Source of the DNA: Candidatus Anstonellales archaeon
Lineage (GTDB): Archaea > Micrarchaeota > Micrarchaeia > Anstonellales > J096
Direction: 5' to 3'
NCBI GenBank assembly: GCA_038890615.1
Contig: JAWAFI010000001.1
Span: 368,843 to 432,842 of the forward strand
DNA: 64,000 nucleotides
Positions 48,266-57,889 of the stretch are shown piece after piece. Numbering within the stretch: position 1 is the first letter of the stretch; each line of letters begins with the position of its first letter. The notes under the pieces were generated by a model, which did no database searches, was not told the DNA's origin, and saw only the letters and a program-made list of their open reading frames with translations. The position numbers and the translations under genes were made by a program.

Positions 48266-48523
48266 ATGAAAACAGCCTCAACATTGCTTTTTTTGATTGC
48301 ATTGCTTACTTTTGCTTTTGCGCAGTCATGTGAGCAGAGATGCTGCGATAGCGCAGGCGGCTACTGGGATTACGCAGAAGGCACTTGTGAGGATCCTGAT
48401 TATAGCGAATATTTTGAATGCAGCTTGGATTGCGATGGCGGAAGCAGCTCATCATCAGGCTGCTGCGGATCTGCCGCAATCCTGCTTGGGATTGCAGGGG
48501 CTGCTTTCATAGCAAAAAGATAG
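48266..48523 (+). CDS. Small secreted Cys-rich protein, paralog C
   Basis: GGGGTG RBS; CEQRCC..GGYWD...C...YFECSLDCD; SGCCGSAAILLGIAGAAFIAKR. Confidence 0.85.
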   Translation: MKTASTLLFLIALLTFAFAQSCEQRCCDSAGGYWDYAEGTCEDPDYSEYFECSLDCDGGSSSSSGCCGSAAILLGIAGAAFIAKR

Positions 48524-48626
48524 TCAGCTAGCTTTCGCCTTTCTCTTTTCATTTTCAGAAATCTCTATAGTTTCCTCTATACTATAACCTACCATCACTT
48601 TTTAAAACCGCTGCAAAGCAAAGAGT

Positions 48627-49964
48627 ATGCTGGGCAGCGGCCCAAAGATGAGGAAAATGGAGCACAGATTCGCTGAGGAAATAACCCTTACTTTTGAAGT
48701 GCTAAAGTGGGCAGTTCTAGCAACGATAATAGGCATAATTGTTGGCATATCAACAACCGCTTTCCTGAAGCTCCTTGAGCTTACCATTGAAACAACAAGG
48801 CAGAGCAGCTACTATTTCCTGATACTGCCCCTTTCTTTGTTCCTCAATGCCCTAATACTCTATTATGTCTTCCCAAAGGCAGATGCCCACACTGCAAACA
48901 AGGTGCTTGAGTACCTCCACAAGTGGAAGAAGATACCGTTGCTTTCAATCCCAAAGGTCTTCTTCCTACCTGTGCTTACTATAGGGACGGGAGGCTCTGC
49001 AGGAAAGGAAACCCCTGCTGCTGATGTTGGCGCAGGGATAGGCTCTGCCCTTGCTGATTTGCTCTCGTTCGATGCCGTAGGAAGGAGGAAGATGATGCTT
49101 TGTGGCCTCAGCGCAGGGTTTGCAGCTGTCTTTGGAACTCCTCTGGCAGGCGCTATATTTGCAGTGGAGATACTCTTTGCAGGGAGCATACTTTACGAGG
49201 CAATACTTCCATCCTTCATAGCAGCAATGGTTTCGCATTTTGTCTCATCAGGCCTTGGCATAGTTTACTTTTACAACCCCATAAAAATATACAGCACTTT
49301 TGACTGGGACTTCCTATTCTACATTTTGCTGGGTGGCATTTTCTTTGGGGCGTGCTCAATAATTTTTATAGAAATGATGAAATTTGCCAAGTTGGTTTCT
49401 GAGAAGCTTGCCATATGGGAGCCGGAGCCGATGAAGGGCTTGATAGGGGGAGGCATGCTTGTGATTCTAACATTCCTTTTGGCATCGCAGCAGTATCTTG
49501 GGCTGGGGCTCGAAACAATAGAATCAAGCCTGAACGGCCAGCCGACAGAATAGTACTCGTTCTTAGCAAAAGGGGTTTTTACAGCAATAACGCTTAACTT
49601 TGGGGGTACAGGAGGCACAGTTACGCCAATCTTCTTTATAGGGGCAACAGCAGGCAACCTGTTTGCGCAGCTCACAGGCAAGGACATAGTGCTTTTCTCA
49701 GCAATAGGAATGGCAGCGCTCCTTGCGGGTGTTGCAAACACGCCGATTGCAGCAACAGTAATAGCAATGGAGCTTTTCGGCACATCAGTTGCGCCTTTTG
49801 TAGGAATAGCAGCAGTGATAAGCTTTGTGATAAGCGGCAAGAGGAGCATATTCTCAGCACAAGTCCTTACAATAAAGAATGTAGAACAGCCCTTGCTCAA
49901 TGAGCCAGAAACAGAGACAATAGAGAGAAGATTCAACATAGAGAGGCATAAACAGCACCTTTAA
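48627..49964 (+). pseudogene. ClC-family anion channel/antiporter interrupted by one in-frame TAG (49551-49553)
   Basis: GGSAGKETP, VFGTPLAG..FAVE before the stop; same frame continues YSFLAKGVFTAITLNFGGTGGTVTPIF...ANTPIAA..AMELFG. Confidence 0.85.
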
Positions 49965-49969
49965 ATTTA

Positions 49970-49990
49970 TTATTGCAAAATATGCAATAA
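49970..49990. promoter_or_regulatory. 8-5-8 inverted repeat in intergenic region (operator or terminator)
   Basis: TTATTGCA-aaata-TGCAATAA. Confidence 0.3.
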
Positions 49991-50045
49991 AGTGTTCTTA
50001 ATTAAAAAACGAAACCAATAAATATTAAAGGGTGGTAATAATTCC

Positions 50046-51392
50046 ATGCCCGATGAAGTGGTTTCCCTGCGGAAAAGGGCATTTGTGGAGGCAATGAAGA
50101 AGGCAGCTCTGGAAGAAAGCCAGCTGTCCTTATCTTCATGCATAGAAAAAGGGAAAAACCCCCTTCTTGAAAGATGCGTGCTGAAGGAAGGGAGATTTTA
50201 TGATGATCCTCAGCTTGTGTTTGTGCTTTCAGGAGGGGGGGTAAAAGGGGCTTTCTACGTGGGTTTTTTGAAGGAGCTTAGAAGGCAAGGGATAACGCCT
50301 GACTTGGTTGTGGGAACAAGCGCAGGCGGCCTTGCTGCAATAGCCCACGGCTTAGGCATGTCAGCAGAAGAGATGGAAGAACTTATGGGCCCTGAGGTAG
50401 TTGCAAAGATGAAGAGCCCGCTTAGAGTATTATGGGCTCTAATCAAGGGCAAGCTTAGAGGGGTGATAGACCCAACACCAGTCGCCAAGATATTTGAGAG
50501 AGAGGCAGCAAAGAGAGGCATATACACAGTTGGGCAGCTGCACAACAGCGTGGCAACAGCAGTGCTTCGCTCAAAGACAGATGTAGTTCTGTTTGGCAAC
50601 TCCAATGGCACCAAGCTGTCACCAGAGGTGCCTGTTGGCGTTGCAGCTGCTTCAACAATGGCAGTGCCTGGAGCAGTATTGCCTCCTGTTCTTAGGAACA
50701 GGGTAGTGCACATACTTGACCGCTTTTTGAAGGCAAAGTTCTTTGGCTTTGAGCGCTCAATCAAGCAGTTCCATGTGCACAAAGACATGTGCCTTGATGG
50801 AGGGGTGCTCCAGAACCTGCCGCTTGAAACAGCCACTACAATAGTTAATGAGACAACAGAAAGAGGCGCTGTTTTTGTTGCAGTGAACCTTGGCTACACA
50901 GGCCACCTTTGCAGGTACCCTGGAAAGAGGTTCTTCCACACAGTGAAAGAGATATGGAAGCGCGAAAAATTGGGAATGGCAATGCTGAAGACCTTGAAAG
51001 AGATTGTGAAGAGACCCAAAGAACTAATTGAAGACATATGCACAAACAACATGGTAAGGCTTGGGGTTGATGCGCTTGAGATAGCGGCGTACAGCAGCCT
51101 AATACCCAGCTTGATGACAACTCCTTACCCAGTGCTCCTTGTAAATGCCAATTATGACGAATCCCTTTCTGAGATAGGCATTTTCCAGGAAGACAGCTGG
51201 GACATGCTTGTAGAGAGGGGCGAGAAGGCAGCAAGGAACATGCTGGCGAGGCTAGGCATGGGAGAGAAGGACGATGAGACACTTAAGAGAGCAGAAAAGG
51301 CCCTTATAAAAAAGCAAAGGAAGAGTGTATTTGCACGCAATAATCTCTTCCAAGAGCCAGACATAAGTGCTGCAAATACCCTGACCGTTTAG
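50046..51392 (+). CDS. Patatin-like phospholipase/esterase
   Basis: LSGGGVKG oxyanion loop, GTSAG nucleophile, LDGGVLQNLP catalytic Asp. Confidence 0.9.
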   Translation: MPDEVVSLRKRAFVEAMKKAALEESQLSLSSCIEKGKNPLLERCVLKEGRFYDDPQLVFVLSGGGVKGAFYVGFLKELRRQGITPDLVVGTSAGGLAAIAHGLGMSAEEMEELMGPEVVAKMKSPLRVLWALIKGKLRGVIDPTPVAKIFEREAAKRGIYTVGQLHNSVATAVLRSKTDVVLFGNSNGTKLSPEVPVGVAAASTMAVPGAVLPPVLRNRVVHILDRFLKAKFFGFERSIKQFHVHKDMCLDGGVLQNLPLETATTIVNETTERGAVFVAVNLGYTGHLCRYPGKRFFHTVKEIWKREKLGMAMLKTLKEIVKRPKELIEDICTNNMVRLGVDALEIAAYSSLIPSLMTTPYPVLLVNANYDESLSEIGIFQEDSWDMLVERGEKAARNMLARLGMGEKDDETLKRAEKALIKKQRKSVFARNNLFQEPDISAANTLTV

Positions 51393-51450
51393 GGAGCTGG
51401 TCGAGTCAAAGCTGCATTCCCCAGCATCAGCCATATCCTTTTAAACCAGA

Positions 51451-51522
51451 TGGACTCTGGGGGATTCGCACCCCCGGCCCCTCGCGTGCAAGGCGAGTGC
51501 TCTGCTACTGAGCTAAGAGCCC
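51451..51522 (-). tRNA. tRNA-Ala(TGC)
   Basis: GGGCTCTTAGCTCAGTAGCAGAGCA-CTCGC-CTTGCAC-GCGAG-GGGCCGGGGGTGCGAATCCCCCAGAGTCCA; G3:U70 present. Confidence 0.9.
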
Positions 51523-51535
51523 TTGAATCTTTATG

Positions 51536-51760
51536 CTACGGAGGGGATATAAATATTACGCTGTCGCCCCTTAGCAGGACTCTTCCAAAACCCTTTTTCA
51601 CTTCATTCTGCACTACCATCTCTGCTTTTTCCAGCACAATGTTCATATGGACATCATAAGCAACTAATACCCCTCTGAACTCAATCCCTCCTTTAAGCCC
51701 TACTATTACGTTGTTGTTGAGCGAGCTTGTCAGCACATCAAAAGGCCTTTTTTCTGTCAT
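51536..51760 (-). CDS. Sm-like (Lsm/SmAP1) protein
   Basis: RPFDVL, LKGG.EFRG.L..YD.HMNIVL, LLRGDSVIFISP. Confidence 0.95.
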   Translation of the reverse strand: MTEKRPFDVLTSSLNNNVIVGLKGGIEFRGVLVAYDVHMNIVLEKAEMVVQNEVKKGFGRVLLRGDSVIFISPP

Positions 51761-51780
51761 TAATAGCACCTAACCTTTAT

Positions 51781-52251
51781 TCAATCTACTCTCTTTAAAT
51801 GGCTTTCTGTGCCGCTTTGCTCTACTATGTAGCACTCGTCAGCATGCCCTTTAAGGGCTGAGCCAAAACCTATCTCAGTGCCTATTATTATCACTTTCTT
51901 TCCATACTCTTTTGCCTTTATTATTGCAGGGACAAAGTCAATGTCGCGAGTTACTAAAAAAATTATGTCTGCTTTGTCCTTAGCCACAGTGTCAGCAACA
52001 TCAACAGCAAGCGTAACATCAACATCCCCTGAGGTTACCTCAACCTTGAACCCTTGATTGACCATTGCCTCAATAAGCTTTTCAGATGCATGCTGATCAA
52101 GATATACCCTTGCCAGCGTAATATCCCCATACTTTGCTGCGAAATCCCTTACCATTTTCACATCTATGGTTGAGCCTTTCCTTATACTATTCGGCCCATC
52201 TACAAATATAGCTACCTGCTTCCTGCCTAGCAGATCCCGCAAAAATGCCAT
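51781..52251 (-). CDS. NYN-domain (PIN-like) protein
   Basis: IFVDGPN, KLIEA..NQGF, DVDV.LAVD, TRDIDFVP, KAKEYGK. Confidence 0.9.
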   Translation of the reverse strand: MAFLRDLLGRKQVAIFVDGPNSIRKGSTIDVKMVRDFAAKYGDITLARVYLDQHASEKLIEAMVNQGFKVEVTSGDVDVTLAVDVADTVAKDKADIIFLVTRDIDFVPAIIKAKEYGKKVIIIGTEIGFGSALKGHADECYIVEQSGTESHLKRVD

Positions 52252-52265
52252 GCTATCTTTTATGC

Positions 52266-52940
52266 TTACAATTTAAAAAGGGTTCTGCTGTTTTTTTCAG
52301 TTGCTCTTTCAGCCTCGCCCCTTTCTATACCCAGGACTTCTGCTATGTAAGACACTGATTCCAAAACGCTCTCTGGGCTTTTGCCTATGTATGGAGCATC
52401 GCTCTCAACCAAAAGCCTTTCAAGCCCTGCCTTCTTTATAAGCTCCTTCCTAGATGAGCTCCTAATTGGAGGGATGGTGAAATAAGCACCAGTTGAAAGT
52501 GCTTCTTCTATGTTTTTGCCAGAGAAGCAGTGGAGTATTGCTTGCGGCTGCCCTTTAATGAGCTCAACAACACGCCTTTCTGCCTTGCGTGAATGGACAA
52601 CAACCGGCTTGTCCAGCTCCCTTGCTTTTGAAAGGAAAAGCGAAAAAACCCTTTCCTGCTCTGCCTTTTCTGCTTCAGTTTCTGCCCATTTCCAGTCAAG
52701 CCCTATCTCTCCTATTGCATTAGGCCCAACCTCTTCAACATAAGACAGCTCTGAATCAATATCTACCTTTTCCAGCTTAAGCGTCTGCGGAGCTACGCCT
52801 ATTGCAAAAGGCACCCCAAACCTCTTGTTAAGGGCTTCAACCCCTCTGTTTGAGGTTGGCGAAAACCCAGTTGCCACTATCGTTATTCCTGTTGGCGAAA
52901 ACCCAGGTATTTCAGTAGGATGGCAGTGGGCATCAATCAT
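52266..52940 (-). CDS. tatD: TatD-family hydrolase
   Basis: MIDAHCH, IGEIGLD, VHSR, LHCFSG, LVESDAPY. Confidence 0.93.
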   Translation of the reverse strand: MIDAHCHPTEIPGFSPTGITIVATGFSPTSNRGVEALNKRFGVPFAIGVAPQTLKLEKVDIDSELSYVEEVGPNAIGEIGLDWKWAETEAEKAEQERVFSLFLSKARELDKPVVVHSRKAERRVVELIKGQPQAILHCFSGKNIEEALSTGAYFTIPPIRSSSRKELIKKAGLERLLVESDAPYIGKSPESVLESVSYIAEVLGIERGEAERATEKNSRTLFKL

Positions 52941-52988
52941 AACAACATTTAAAAAACCTCTCTTAATAACCTTATCGAAGGTGTTGAA

Positions 52989-53387
52989 ATGGCAGAGGAG
53001 AAGATATTCGCTTCAGCAAAGGATTTGAAGGTAGGAAAGTATGTGTTGGTGGACGGAGTGCCTTGCAAGGTAATGAGCATAGACATATCCAAGCCCGGCA
53101 AGCACGGCTCTGCAAAGATGAGGGTAGTTGCATTGGGCATATTTGATGGGTCAAAGAAGGTTTTCCTGACCCCCACTGATGGAGAAGTTGAGGTGCCGAT
53201 AATAACAAAGAAGGATGCGCAGGTTCTAAGCGTTGAAGGGGATTCAGTGCAGGTTATGGATTCGCAGACATATGAAACCTACTATCTTCCCATACCTGAA
53301 GAGTTGAAAGGGCAGATAACAGAGGGTAGCCAGCTTGAGCTTATGGAGGCAATGGGTAACAGGAGCATAGTGAGGGTAAAGGGGTGA
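52989..53387 (+). CDS. eif5a: Translation factor aIF5A
   Basis: SKPGKHGSAK hypusine loop, GIFDG, QVMD..TYET. Confidence 0.97.
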   Translation: MAEEKIFASAKDLKVGKYVLVDGVPCKVMSIDISKPGKHGSAKMRVVALGIFDGSKKVFLTPTDGEVEVPIITKKDAQVLSVEGDSVQVMDSQTYETYYLPIPEELKGQITEGSQLELMEAMGNRSIVRVKG

Positions 53388-53391
53388 TTGG

Positions 53392-53688
53392 GTGGAAATA
53401 CTTGAAAGGAAGCAGAACAAGCTGCTTGAGAGGGAAGAGATTGTGCTTTTGCATGAGTTCAAAGGGGCAACCCCTGACAGGAAGCAGCTTAGGGCTGATG
53501 TCAAGGCAGTGCTTGCAGTGCCTGACAGCAGGTACATAATAAGCAAAACAGAATCATTGGCAGGTACACATAAGATGAAGATATTCGTGCATGTTTACAA
53601 GAGCGAGCAGCAGCTGAGAAAAGTCGAGAATAAGCACCTTCTAATAAGGGACGGTTTCATAGAAAAGGAGAAGAAAGAGGGGGCATAA
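53392..53688 (+). CDS. rps24e: 30S ribosomal protein S24e
   Basis: [31 protein letters not shown]. Confidence 0.9.
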   Translation: MEILERKQNKLLEREEIVLLHEFKGATPDRKQLRADVKAVLAVPDSRYIISKTESLAGTHKMKIFVHVYKSEQQLRKVENKHLLIRDGFIEKEKKEGA

Positions 53689-53689
53689 T

Positions 53690-53827
53690 ATGACAGAAAA
53701 ACCAAAGAAAAAGTATTCCTACAAGAAAGGCCAAAAGGACTGCCCTAGGTGCGGCCCTGGGACCAAGCTTGCTGAGCACAAAGACAGGCGCTCCTGCGGC
53801 AAGTGCGGCTATTTTGAGAAGAAATGA
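53690..53827 (+). CDS. rps27ae: 30S ribosomal protein S27ae (45 aa, not in ORF track)
   Basis: [45 protein letters not shown]. Confidence 0.93.
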   Translation: MTEKPKKKYSYKKGQKDCPRCGPGTKLAEHKDRRSCGKCGYFEKK

Positions 53828-54117
53828 TGGCAAAAAGCCATGCAAAAGGAAGCGAGATGGTGCTGGCAGTTTGCGATGAAGAGCTCCTAGGCAAGGTTTT
53901 TGAAGATGGAAGCATAGTGCTTGACTTAAAGAGGTACAAGGCTTTCTACGATGGGAAGAAGGTTAGCGAAGAAGAACTATTGGCCCTTGCCAGCCTTGCC
54001 ACATCAATAAATGCTGTAGGCAGCGGCGCATTGGTGCTTGCCAAGAGAGGCATATGCGACGAGAAAAACATAAGGTATATAAAAGGTGTGCCTCATATCC
54101 AGATATACAAGCTATAG
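53824..54117 (+). CDS. DUF424-family protein
   Basis: [30 protein letters not shown]. Confidence 0.9.
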   Translation: MMAKSHAKGSEMVLAVCDEELLGKVFEDGSIVLDLKRYKAFYDGKKVSEEELLALASLATSINAVGSGALVLAKRGICDEKNIRYIKGVPHIQIYKL

Positions 54118-54126
54118 GTGGAAACC

Positions 54127-54522
54127 ATGAGGGGAATAACAATAATACTCGAGGATAAGCTCGGGGTGCTTGCGGACCTTTCTTACATATTGGGGAAGGA
54201 GAAGATAAACATAGAAACAATCTCAGCCCACACTCTTGGCGGAAAGGCAATTGTCTACCTCACAGTGGACAACTATGCAAAGGCCTGCTCTGTGCTAAAG
54301 AAGAACGGCATAGAGGCGCTTACTGAAAAGGAGCTGGTTATAAAGCTTGTAGATAAACCAGGCTCACTTTACGAAGTGGCAAAGCAGATGAAAGAAAATG
54401 GAATAAACATAAGAGAAGTGCATATAGTTTCAAGGGATGGTAAGGAAACAGTAGTATCCCTTATAGTTGACAAGGTGCAGAAGGCAAAGGCCCTTCTAAA
54501 GGACAAGCTTATCTATGAATAG
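54127..54522 (+). CDS. Tandem ACT-domain protein
   Basis: LEDKLGVLADL...INIE and DKPGSL..VA.....GINI. Confidence 0.85.
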   Translation: MRGITIILEDKLGVLADLSYILGKEKINIETISAHTLGGKAIVYLTVDNYAKACSVLKKNGIEALTEKELVIKLVDKPGSLYEVAKQMKENGINIREVHIVSRDGKETVVSLIVDKVQKAKALLKDKLIYE

Positions 54523-54525
54523 CAT

Positions 54526-55752
54526 TTAGAGATTGTACCTTTCCCCAACCTTCGGGGCTATTGCGTCCCACCCTTCCTCTTTAAGCTCTGCAGCGAATTC
54601 ATCGCAATGGTCGCCGTGCATAAGGAAAATCTTCTCAGGATTAGTGCTGTTTATGAGCTTGAGCAGCCCTTCTTTGCCTATATGGGCTGAAAGGTCCATA
54701 TAGCGGACTGCTTGGTCTACTTTCATCAAGCCCTCTTCCATCTGGAGGGTGCTGTTCTCAAGCAGGAGCGAGGCGTTTGTGCCTGGTATTGGGAACCCAG
54801 TGAGAACTATTGCGGCATTCTTCGGAGCCCTTTCGATATATCCCAGCACAGGCCCGCCTTCGAGCAGCCCTGCAGTAGTTACTATGACATTTGCCCCTTT
54901 TAATGCCCTTTCTCTGTCTGCATTGCTCTTTACGGGCTTTGTGCTCCTGTACGCCTTTGCAAACTCGACCCCTTTGCTCAGGTATTCTGGGTAGCGCATG
55001 TAGATCGCAGACACATCCTTTGCCATCCCATCAACATAAACCTTGGCTTCAGGGAGGTGCTCATGCATTATCATTATCAGCTCCTGCGCCCTTCCTACTG
55101 CAAATGCAGGGAATATTACAGGGAAGCCCTTTTCCAAATACTCCCTAACAAGCTCTGCAAGCGCTTTCTCCACTTCCTTCCTTGGAGGGTGGTCCTTGTA
55201 AGAATATGTGCTTTCTATGAGCAGGTAATCGCACTCGCCTTTGTAAGAATAGCCGTTGTGGAGCTGCATCTGCTCATCCTTTATGTCCCCTGTATAAAGC
55301 AATTTCTTCCCTTGAAACTCGGCTTCTATCATGGAGCTCCCAAGTATGTGCCCTGCATCGTACCACCTGAACCTTGTTTGCCCCATCCTCAGCTCCTGCC
55401 TGTAAATCATTGGCAGCCAATTCTTCTTTGCCTTCTCTACATCCTTTTTCTTGTAAATCTCACCATTGGAAAGCTTTATTGAATCATTGAAGAGGACGCT
55501 TGCTATCTCCATTGTGGGCGGCGTGGAATAAAAGGAAGGCTTTGAATATTGGTAGAGCGCAGGTATATAGCCAGAATGGTCAAGGTGTGCATGGCTTAGC
55601 AGCACAGCATCAACCCTATCACTGAACCTTTCAGGGTAGCGGTCCTCTCCAATCATCTTTACCCCATAGTCAAGCAGCACGCTCACATCTGTTTTTAGGA
55701 GAACTGCGCTCCTTCCAACCTCCCTGGCAGCCCCTAAAAAATGTATGTCCAT
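54526..55752 (-). CDS. beta-CASP metallo-beta-lactamase ribonuclease (aCPSF2-like)
   Basis: LGAAREVGRS, SHAHLDHSG, AGHILGS, YTGD, ESTY, FAVGRAQE, SAH, MHGD. Confidence 0.93.
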   Translation of the reverse strand: MDIHFLGAAREVGRSAVLLKTDVSVLLDYGVKMIGEDRYPERFSDRVDAVLLSHAHLDHSGYIPALYQYSKPSFYSTPPTMEIASVLFNDSIKLSNGEIYKKKDVEKAKKNWLPMIYRQELRMGQTRFRWYDAGHILGSSMIEAEFQGKKLLYTGDIKDEQMQLHNGYSYKGECDYLLIESTYSYKDHPPRKEVEKALAELVREYLEKGFPVIFPAFAVGRAQELIMIMHEHLPEAKVYVDGMAKDVSAIYMRYPEYLSKGVEFAKAYRSTKPVKSNADRERALKGANVIVTTAGLLEGGPVLGYIERAPKNAAIVLTGFPIPGTNASLLLENSTLQMEEGLMKVDQAVRYMDLSAHIGKEGLLKLINSTNPEKIFLMHGDHCDEFAAELKEEGWDAIAPKVGERYNL

Positions 55753-55792
55753 AGGAAATAAACAGCTTCAACCTTTTTATATCTTCCCTATG

Positions 55793-56170
55793 CTAGATGT
55801 CAACCACAACCCTTATCCTATACTTCCCTCCTTCTATTCCTGCGGAGCCCATATGGAAAGTAGCTGCTTTTGCTTGGTTCCTGCAAGGGCCTCTCTCAAA
55901 TTCGACCTCTGCTTTCCATCCTTCTACCTTTTTAACCCTCACAGGCCTCAGCTGCTCTGAGTCAACAATCGCAATAAGGGAATTGAGAAGGCAAACTGCC
56001 CTTTCCAAGTCATCCTCCCCCTTTCCCTCAAAAGCCAATGTTTCCTCTGGCTTTTTGCCCCTTTCCATTAGCCCTATAAGCCCTTCAAGCGCGTAGAGCG
56101 CTGCCTCTTCCTGGCTCTTTCCTTCTGCAACTATAAGTATGTCAGCTGTGTGCTCTTCGTAGGTAAACAT
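55793..56170 (-). CDS. Archease
   Basis: EHTADI, KAATFH, VVVDI C-terminus. Confidence 0.93.
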   Translation of the reverse strand: MFTYEEHTADILIVAEGKSQEEAALYALEGLIGLMERGKKPEETLAFEGKGEDDLERAVCLLNSLIAIVDSEQLRPVRVKKVEGWKAEVEFERGPCRNQAKAATFHMGSAGIEGGKYRIRVVVDI

Positions 56171-56206
56171 AACAAGCATTTAAACCCTATGCACTATTTA
56201 AGCTTG

Positions 56207-57172
56207 ATGCATTTTGTTTTCCCTGAGCTTGAGAGGATGCGCCCAAGGTTTGAGTGGGCGCTTAAAGAGCTTGAGCAAAGCAAGTCAATAAAAGTGCGCT
56301 ACCATCTTGATGCTGATGGGATAGTGGGCGCAGCGTATATACTTGAGGCATTTGGCTGCGCGTTTGAAGGGCAAAAAAGCCCGCATTATGCCTCATTGGA
56401 AGAGGACCTGCGCTCTTCGTTTGACTGCATAGTGCTTCTTGACATAGGAAGCACTGAGGAAAAGCTGGAGGATGTGCTATCGATTGCAAGTGCAAAGCGC
56501 CTAATAATCATAGACCACCATCCTGCCCCTGCAGAGCTTAAGGAGCATAGCTTAAACCCTTGCTTCCATCTTGAATCTGGCTCGCGCTATCCTGCTGGAT
56601 ACTTGGCTTATGAGCTTGCCCGCTGCAAAGGGGTTGAAAACGATTGGTACAGGTTGGCAATAGCAGGCGACAAGAGCGACATAGGATATAGTGGAGAGGA
56701 GAGAGACATAGCAACAGTGATTGATTACCTTGCCCACCACAACGTGAAGCTAAAGGACATAGTTAGGGCGCTCAAAAGCAAGGATGATCTCCTTTACTAC
56801 CTTCCAGAAATGGCATCGCTAAAGGAAGTAGTCATTTCAAAGATAGAGGCGTCTGCATCGAAACAAGGCGTTGTAAAGGTTGTTGATTTAAGGCCATTCT
56901 TCGGCAGTTTCCCAGGCGCAGGGAAGGCCCTTGGGATGGCTTGCGAGGCGTGGAAGGGCTACATCGTGGTCGGCACTGGAGAGAAGACAGTGCTTGTGAG
57001 GACAGACAAGGACATAGGGCTCGGCTTGCTCGTTTCCCATATAAAGAAGGCATTTGGGGGGAAGATAAGGAGCGCAGGCGGGCATAGCAAGGCAGTTGCC
57101 ATAATAACTGAAAAGGGATATGAGAATGTAGTCAGGGACGAATGCATTAAGTTTTTAAATAATCTCCATTAA
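56207..57172 (+). CDS. DHH-family phosphoesterase (RecJ-like)
   Basis: HLDADG, LLDIGS, IIDHH, LNP, GGHSKA; start uncertain (56189 or 56207). Confidence 0.85.
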   Translation: MHFVFPELERMRPRFEWALKELEQSKSIKVRYHLDADGIVGAAYILEAFGCAFEGQKSPHYASLEEDLRSSFDCIVLLDIGSTEEKLEDVLSIASAKRLIIIDHHPAPAELKEHSLNPCFHLESGSRYPAGYLAYELARCKGVENDWYRLAIAGDKSDIGYSGEERDIATVIDYLAHHNVKLKDIVRALKSKDDLLYYLPEMASLKEVVISKIEASASKQGVVKVVDLRPFFGSFPGAGKALGMACEAWKGYIVVGTGEKTVLVRTDKDIGLGLLVSHIKKAFGGKIRSAGGHSKAVAIITEKGYENVVRDECIKFLNNLH

Positions 57173-57193
57173 TTATAACTAAGGTTGAATATT

Positions 57194-57889
57194 ATGGTTC
57201 AGGATATAAAAGGGCTCATTGAGGGAAAAGAAGAAAAGAAAAAGGCGGTGTTTTCCATGGCAAAATTGGATGAAGCTTTTGTGGAAAAGGTAGTAAAGAA
57301 GTACAGCAAAGCTGCAGGGCAAGACAGGGAGAGGACAAAGGAGGCGCTCACAAACCTAATCAATGGAAACATCAGGTTTGTAAAAGGCACCCCAAAACCA
57401 AGGGATTTTGTTGCAGAGACAAGGAAGACAGTTGAGGAAGGGCAAAAGCCATTTGCTGCGCTTGTGGTCTGCTCTGACTCCAGGAGCCCTGAGCTTGCGG
57501 TTTTCGATGCCGGGGTTGGCGAGATATTTGTGATAAGGGTGGCAGGGGTAGTGCCTGACAAGTGGGGGCTTGCAAGCTTGGAATACGCAGTGGGCCACTT
57601 AAAAGTCCCGCTAATAGGCATATTGGGCCACGACAAGTGCGGGGCCGTTACTGCTGCTTTTGGGGGTTCAAGTGAGCACGGCCATCTGGAAGGCCTGCTT
57701 GATAGCATAAAAGAGAATATAAAAGGGGCAAAGGACTTGCAAGAAGCTATAAAAGCCAATACGCTTTCTGTAAGAGGAAGCATTATCGCTCACAGCGATA
57801 CAATTGCCAAGGCATACAGCTCAGGCAAGGTTGTCATTGTGCCGCTCCACTATAGGATGGCAGATACGCTTGAGGTTGAAATTCTTTGA
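57194..57889 (+). CDS. Beta-class carbonic anhydrase with N-terminal extension
   Basis: GNIRF, GQKP, CSDSR, GEIFVIRVAG, SLEYAV, GHDKCGAV. Confidence 0.93.
   Translation: MVQDIKGLIEGKEEKKKAVFSMAKLDEAFVEKVVKKYSKAAGQDRERTKEALTNLINGNIRFVKGTPKPRDFVAETRKTVEEGQKPFAALVVCSDSRSPELAVFDAGVGEIFVIRVAGVVPDKWGLASLEYAVGHLKVPLIGILGHDKCGAVTAAFGGSSEHGHLEGLLDSIKENIKGAKDLQEAIKANTLSVRGSIIAHSDTIAKAYSSGKVVIVPLHYRMADTLEVEIL

Noticed and set aside
48627..49964. Genome-wide TAG recoding or pyrrolysine
   Set aside because: Several genes end properly at TAG (e.g. 8886, 16211, 28698), aRF1 looks standard, and no pyl genes are visible
41780..51450. tRNA-anchored integrated element
   Set aside because: No integrase/transposase and no duplicated tRNA 3' end found by eye; treated only as an accessory region
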